This document shows, in pieces, positions 62,108 through 64,000 of a stretch of 64,000 nt of DNA (within the stretch, counting starts at the first letter, position 1; each line of letters opens with the position of its first letter). The position numbers and the translations under genes were made by a program. Source of the DNA: Spirochaetia bacterium (GTDB taxonomy: Bacteria > Spirochaetota > Spirochaetia > DSM-16054 > Sediminispirochaetaceae); contig JAXHMY010000002.1 of NCBI GenBank assembly GCA_034520965.1, positions 256,001 to 320,000 of the forward strand, in the 5' to 3' direction. The notes under the pieces were generated by a model. It searched no databases. It was not told where the DNA came from and worked only from the letters and a program-made list of their open reading frames with translations.

Positions 62108-62194
62108 GGAATCAAGGTCACGTCGGTGGAAATAAAGGATGTAGAAATCCCCTCTGAAATGCAGCATGCTACCGCCCGCCAGACCGGTGCTTAA
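62108..62194 (+). pseudogene. Internal fragment of an SPFH/stomatin (slipin) gene
   Basis: GIKVTSVEIKDVEIPSEMQHATARQ matches the stomatin pattern GIKV..VEIKDV..P..MQRAMARQAEA; cut off at the direct repeat. Confidence 0.65.
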
Positions 62195-63462
62195 TTTACA
62201 TGAGCCCTGCCGTCTATCTCTATATTCTGGGCTTTCTGGTGCAGCAGACTAATTGCCTGATACCACATGTACGCGGATGCCCGCAGATTAAGAAAATCCA
62301 AACGGTAGAGGGAGTTCTTGTGATAAAACTCCAGCTTTTCTTTATTTTGTACGTTCTCCCCGAAGATCTCTTCAATCGGAAAATACTTAGTTTTGCCGAC
62401 GGTGGTATGGAACTCTATGCCACTGGGATAAAAATAGGCTCGGCCGGTGTTCAAACGCTTAAGCGGCTCTGACCGATAACCTCGCCACAAAATAGCCGGC
62501 CCCTCTTCAAACAGGGGGGTGGTAGTGTTCATATCCCGGCTTAGATACTCAATAAAATACTTAATTTGCCAATCATTCCATTCTGAAATAGAGGTATAGA
62601 CCAGAGGACCGTTGACAGGTTGTAATATACCATATTCATCATAGCGAAAGCTGTAGCCGCATTCACGGCATTCGGCTGTATCACCTTGAGAATAGAACGA
62701 GGCAATTGCTTTACAGTGCGGGCAGACAAACAACACACGTTCGATATACTCCGCCGGGTGCTTTCCAAAAAAACGTATGCGCTGAGTTCGATTCCACTCT
62801 AGTTCGTTATGTTCAATGCGCTCTTCCAAGATTCGCCTGCACGTCTCACCATCAATCTCCCTCAACTCCTCCGATGTAAAAACTGTCTTGTACTCAAGGA
62901 ATACTTTTCCGCGACGGAGGCCGCGGGCCCATCGAGGTTTAGACAGGTACCCGCCTCTAACGACAACACCGATCACCGGCAACTTTAATTTATGAATCAG
63001 CCTTGAAACAGTGGGCACATGGCGAAGGGAACGCCCATCCCAGGTACTGTTCCCTTCTGGAAAAACTCCTATTACACCACCGCGCTTCACAATCCGAATT
63101 ATCTGTGCCACTGTTGTGGTATCGGTTATGAACTTGCTTGTGGGTATTGAGCCTAATAATTTCATAAGAATTTGAAAGATTCTGGTGCGAAACACACTGT
63201 CGGAGGCGATAAACTGAATATCCTGATGCAGAAAAGAGCCCAGAAAAAAAGGGTCCCAGTAGTTCACATGATTGCCCACTACGATGTAAGGGGGTTTGAT
63301 ATCCTTCAGCCCAACTTTATCTTCAATTTCCAGGTTATACCGGTGCTTTAAAATGATATGGATGATAGGACGGATAACCTTCACAAACAATGGGTTTGGT
63401 GTAATAGTCCGTTTTGCAGTTCTCTTTTTAAGGGTGGCATTCTGGGTGTTAGATTTTTGCAT
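62191..63462 (-). CDS. Lysophospholipid (PlsC-type) acyltransferase with C-terminal Zn-ribbon extension
   Basis: NHVNYWD (HX4D), VFPEG, CPHC..CREC. Confidence 0.88.
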   Translation of the reverse strand: MQKSNTQNATLKKRTAKRTITPNPLFVKVIRPIIHIILKHRYNLEIEDKVGLKDIKPPYIVVGNHVNYWDPFFLGSFLHQDIQFIASDSVFRTRIFQILMKLLGSIPTSKFITDTTTVAQIIRIVKRGGVIGVFPEGNSTWDGRSLRHVPTVSRLIHKLKLPVIGVVVRGGYLSKPRWARGLRRGKVFLEYKTVFTSEELREIDGETCRRILEERIEHNELEWNRTQRIRFFGKHPAEYIERVLFVCPHCKAIASFYSQGDTAECRECGYSFRYDEYGILQPVNGPLVYTSISEWNDWQIKYFIEYLSRDMNTTTPLFEEGPAILWRGYRSEPLKRLNTGRAYFYPSGIEFHTTVGKTKYFPIEEIFGENVQNKEKLEFYHKNSLYRLDFLNLRASAYMWYQAISLLHQKAQNIEIDGRAHVN

Positions 63463-64000
63463 TAGCCGGCCTTTGTGTTCTCGAGTTTGTTTGTATTCTT
63501 GTGATGAGGATACCAGATGTGATTGGCCTTATGAACAGCCCGCCTTTTTGAAATAAGTAAGAAAGCGACAGCGACAAACAACAGATAAGCAGCGCTGACT
63601 GCAACTGCAATCCAAAACAGTTGAGGGTTATTATTTGTTACGCTATACGCCGGCAGATTGATACTGAGTATAAACGGTATTGCCAGGAGAAAAGTAATTC
63701 CTGTAGAAAACATATAATCCGAGGCGGCGGGAGTCTCAAAGTTCGGGTCTACAACCCGCAGAAGGGCCAGTCCTGTCGGCAGAGTTCCGGTTGACACGCC
63801 GTATACCAACAGCATTCGGTAAAACTGATGATCCGTATAAATCCGAGAACAGAACCACGGGACAATTAACAGGGCTAAAGATCCTGCTATAGTACTGAGT
63901 ATGAGTATCTGAATAAGATATTGCCCAACTATTACCAGGGATATTCCTCCGACTGCAGCGGCCACCATTACATCGACTGATAATCCTGAAAACCTGCTAA
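63462..64000 (-). CDS. Sodium:glutamate symporter (GltS/ESS family), 3' part
   Basis: YGVSTGTLPTGLALLRVVDPNFETP motif; hydrophobic; runs off the window edge. Confidence 0.75.
   Translation of the reverse strand, partial: SRFSGLSVDVMVAAAVGGISLVIVGQYLIQILILSTIAGSLALLIVPWFCSRIYTDHQFYRMLLVYGVSTGTLPTGLALLRVVDPNFETPAASDYMFSTGITFLLAIPFILSINLPAYSVTNNNPQLFWIAVAVSAAYLLFVAVAFLLISKRRAVHKANHIWYPHHKNTNKLENTKAG

Noticed and set aside
59647..62284. Diversity-generating retroelement TR/VR pair
   Set aside because: Only two differences, both synonymous, and no reverse transcriptase in the window.
1..64000. Numerous short antisense or overlapping ORFs in the track; rRNA or tRNA genes
   Set aside because: The short ORFs shadow well-supported genes and show no recognisable motifs. 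No tRNA or rRNA was recognised by eye in the short intergenic gaps.

Overview
Chromosomal window from a free-living spirochete (Spirochaetaceae-like, judged from flaB with a sigma28 promoter and CsrA hairpins, type-2 IleRS, a PUR/BpuR protein and Treponema-like gene order). Many genes, including essential ones (trmD, smc, gpsA, cca, gpmA), are split by small indels, so this is very probably an unpolished long-read assembly and these breaks are not treated as pseudogenes. About 1-38 kb is mostly housekeeping: ileS, flaB, cca, coaD-rpmF-acpP-rnc, ffh-rpsP-khpA-rimM-trmD-rplS, smc, rnhB, gpsA, a FolP-FolK fusion, argCJBD, udk and gpmA. About 38-64 kb is more accessory and includes a Thermotoga-type inositol pathway (iolG/iolO/lacI/iolM/iolN) and typA. 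Main discoveries: (1) two ~1.3-kb elements encode divergent IS1-like Zn-finger/HTH/DDE-type proteins with an altered third catalytic motif; each has its own perfect but unrelated 21-bp inverted repeats, and they share an upstream motif. (2) A ~141-bp three-hairpin MITE occurs twice, each copy with CAG..CTG ends and an exact 9-bp target duplication, and the copies show compensatory base changes. (3) A 2.45-kb islet is bounded by a 94-bp duplication of an acyltransferase 3' end with only synonymous differences; it carries a LuxR pair, a lipoprotein and gene debris. (4) Two small proteins are missing from the ORF track: a FlgM-C-terminus-like 47-mer, and a basic 56-mer with its own promoter, RBS and terminator.
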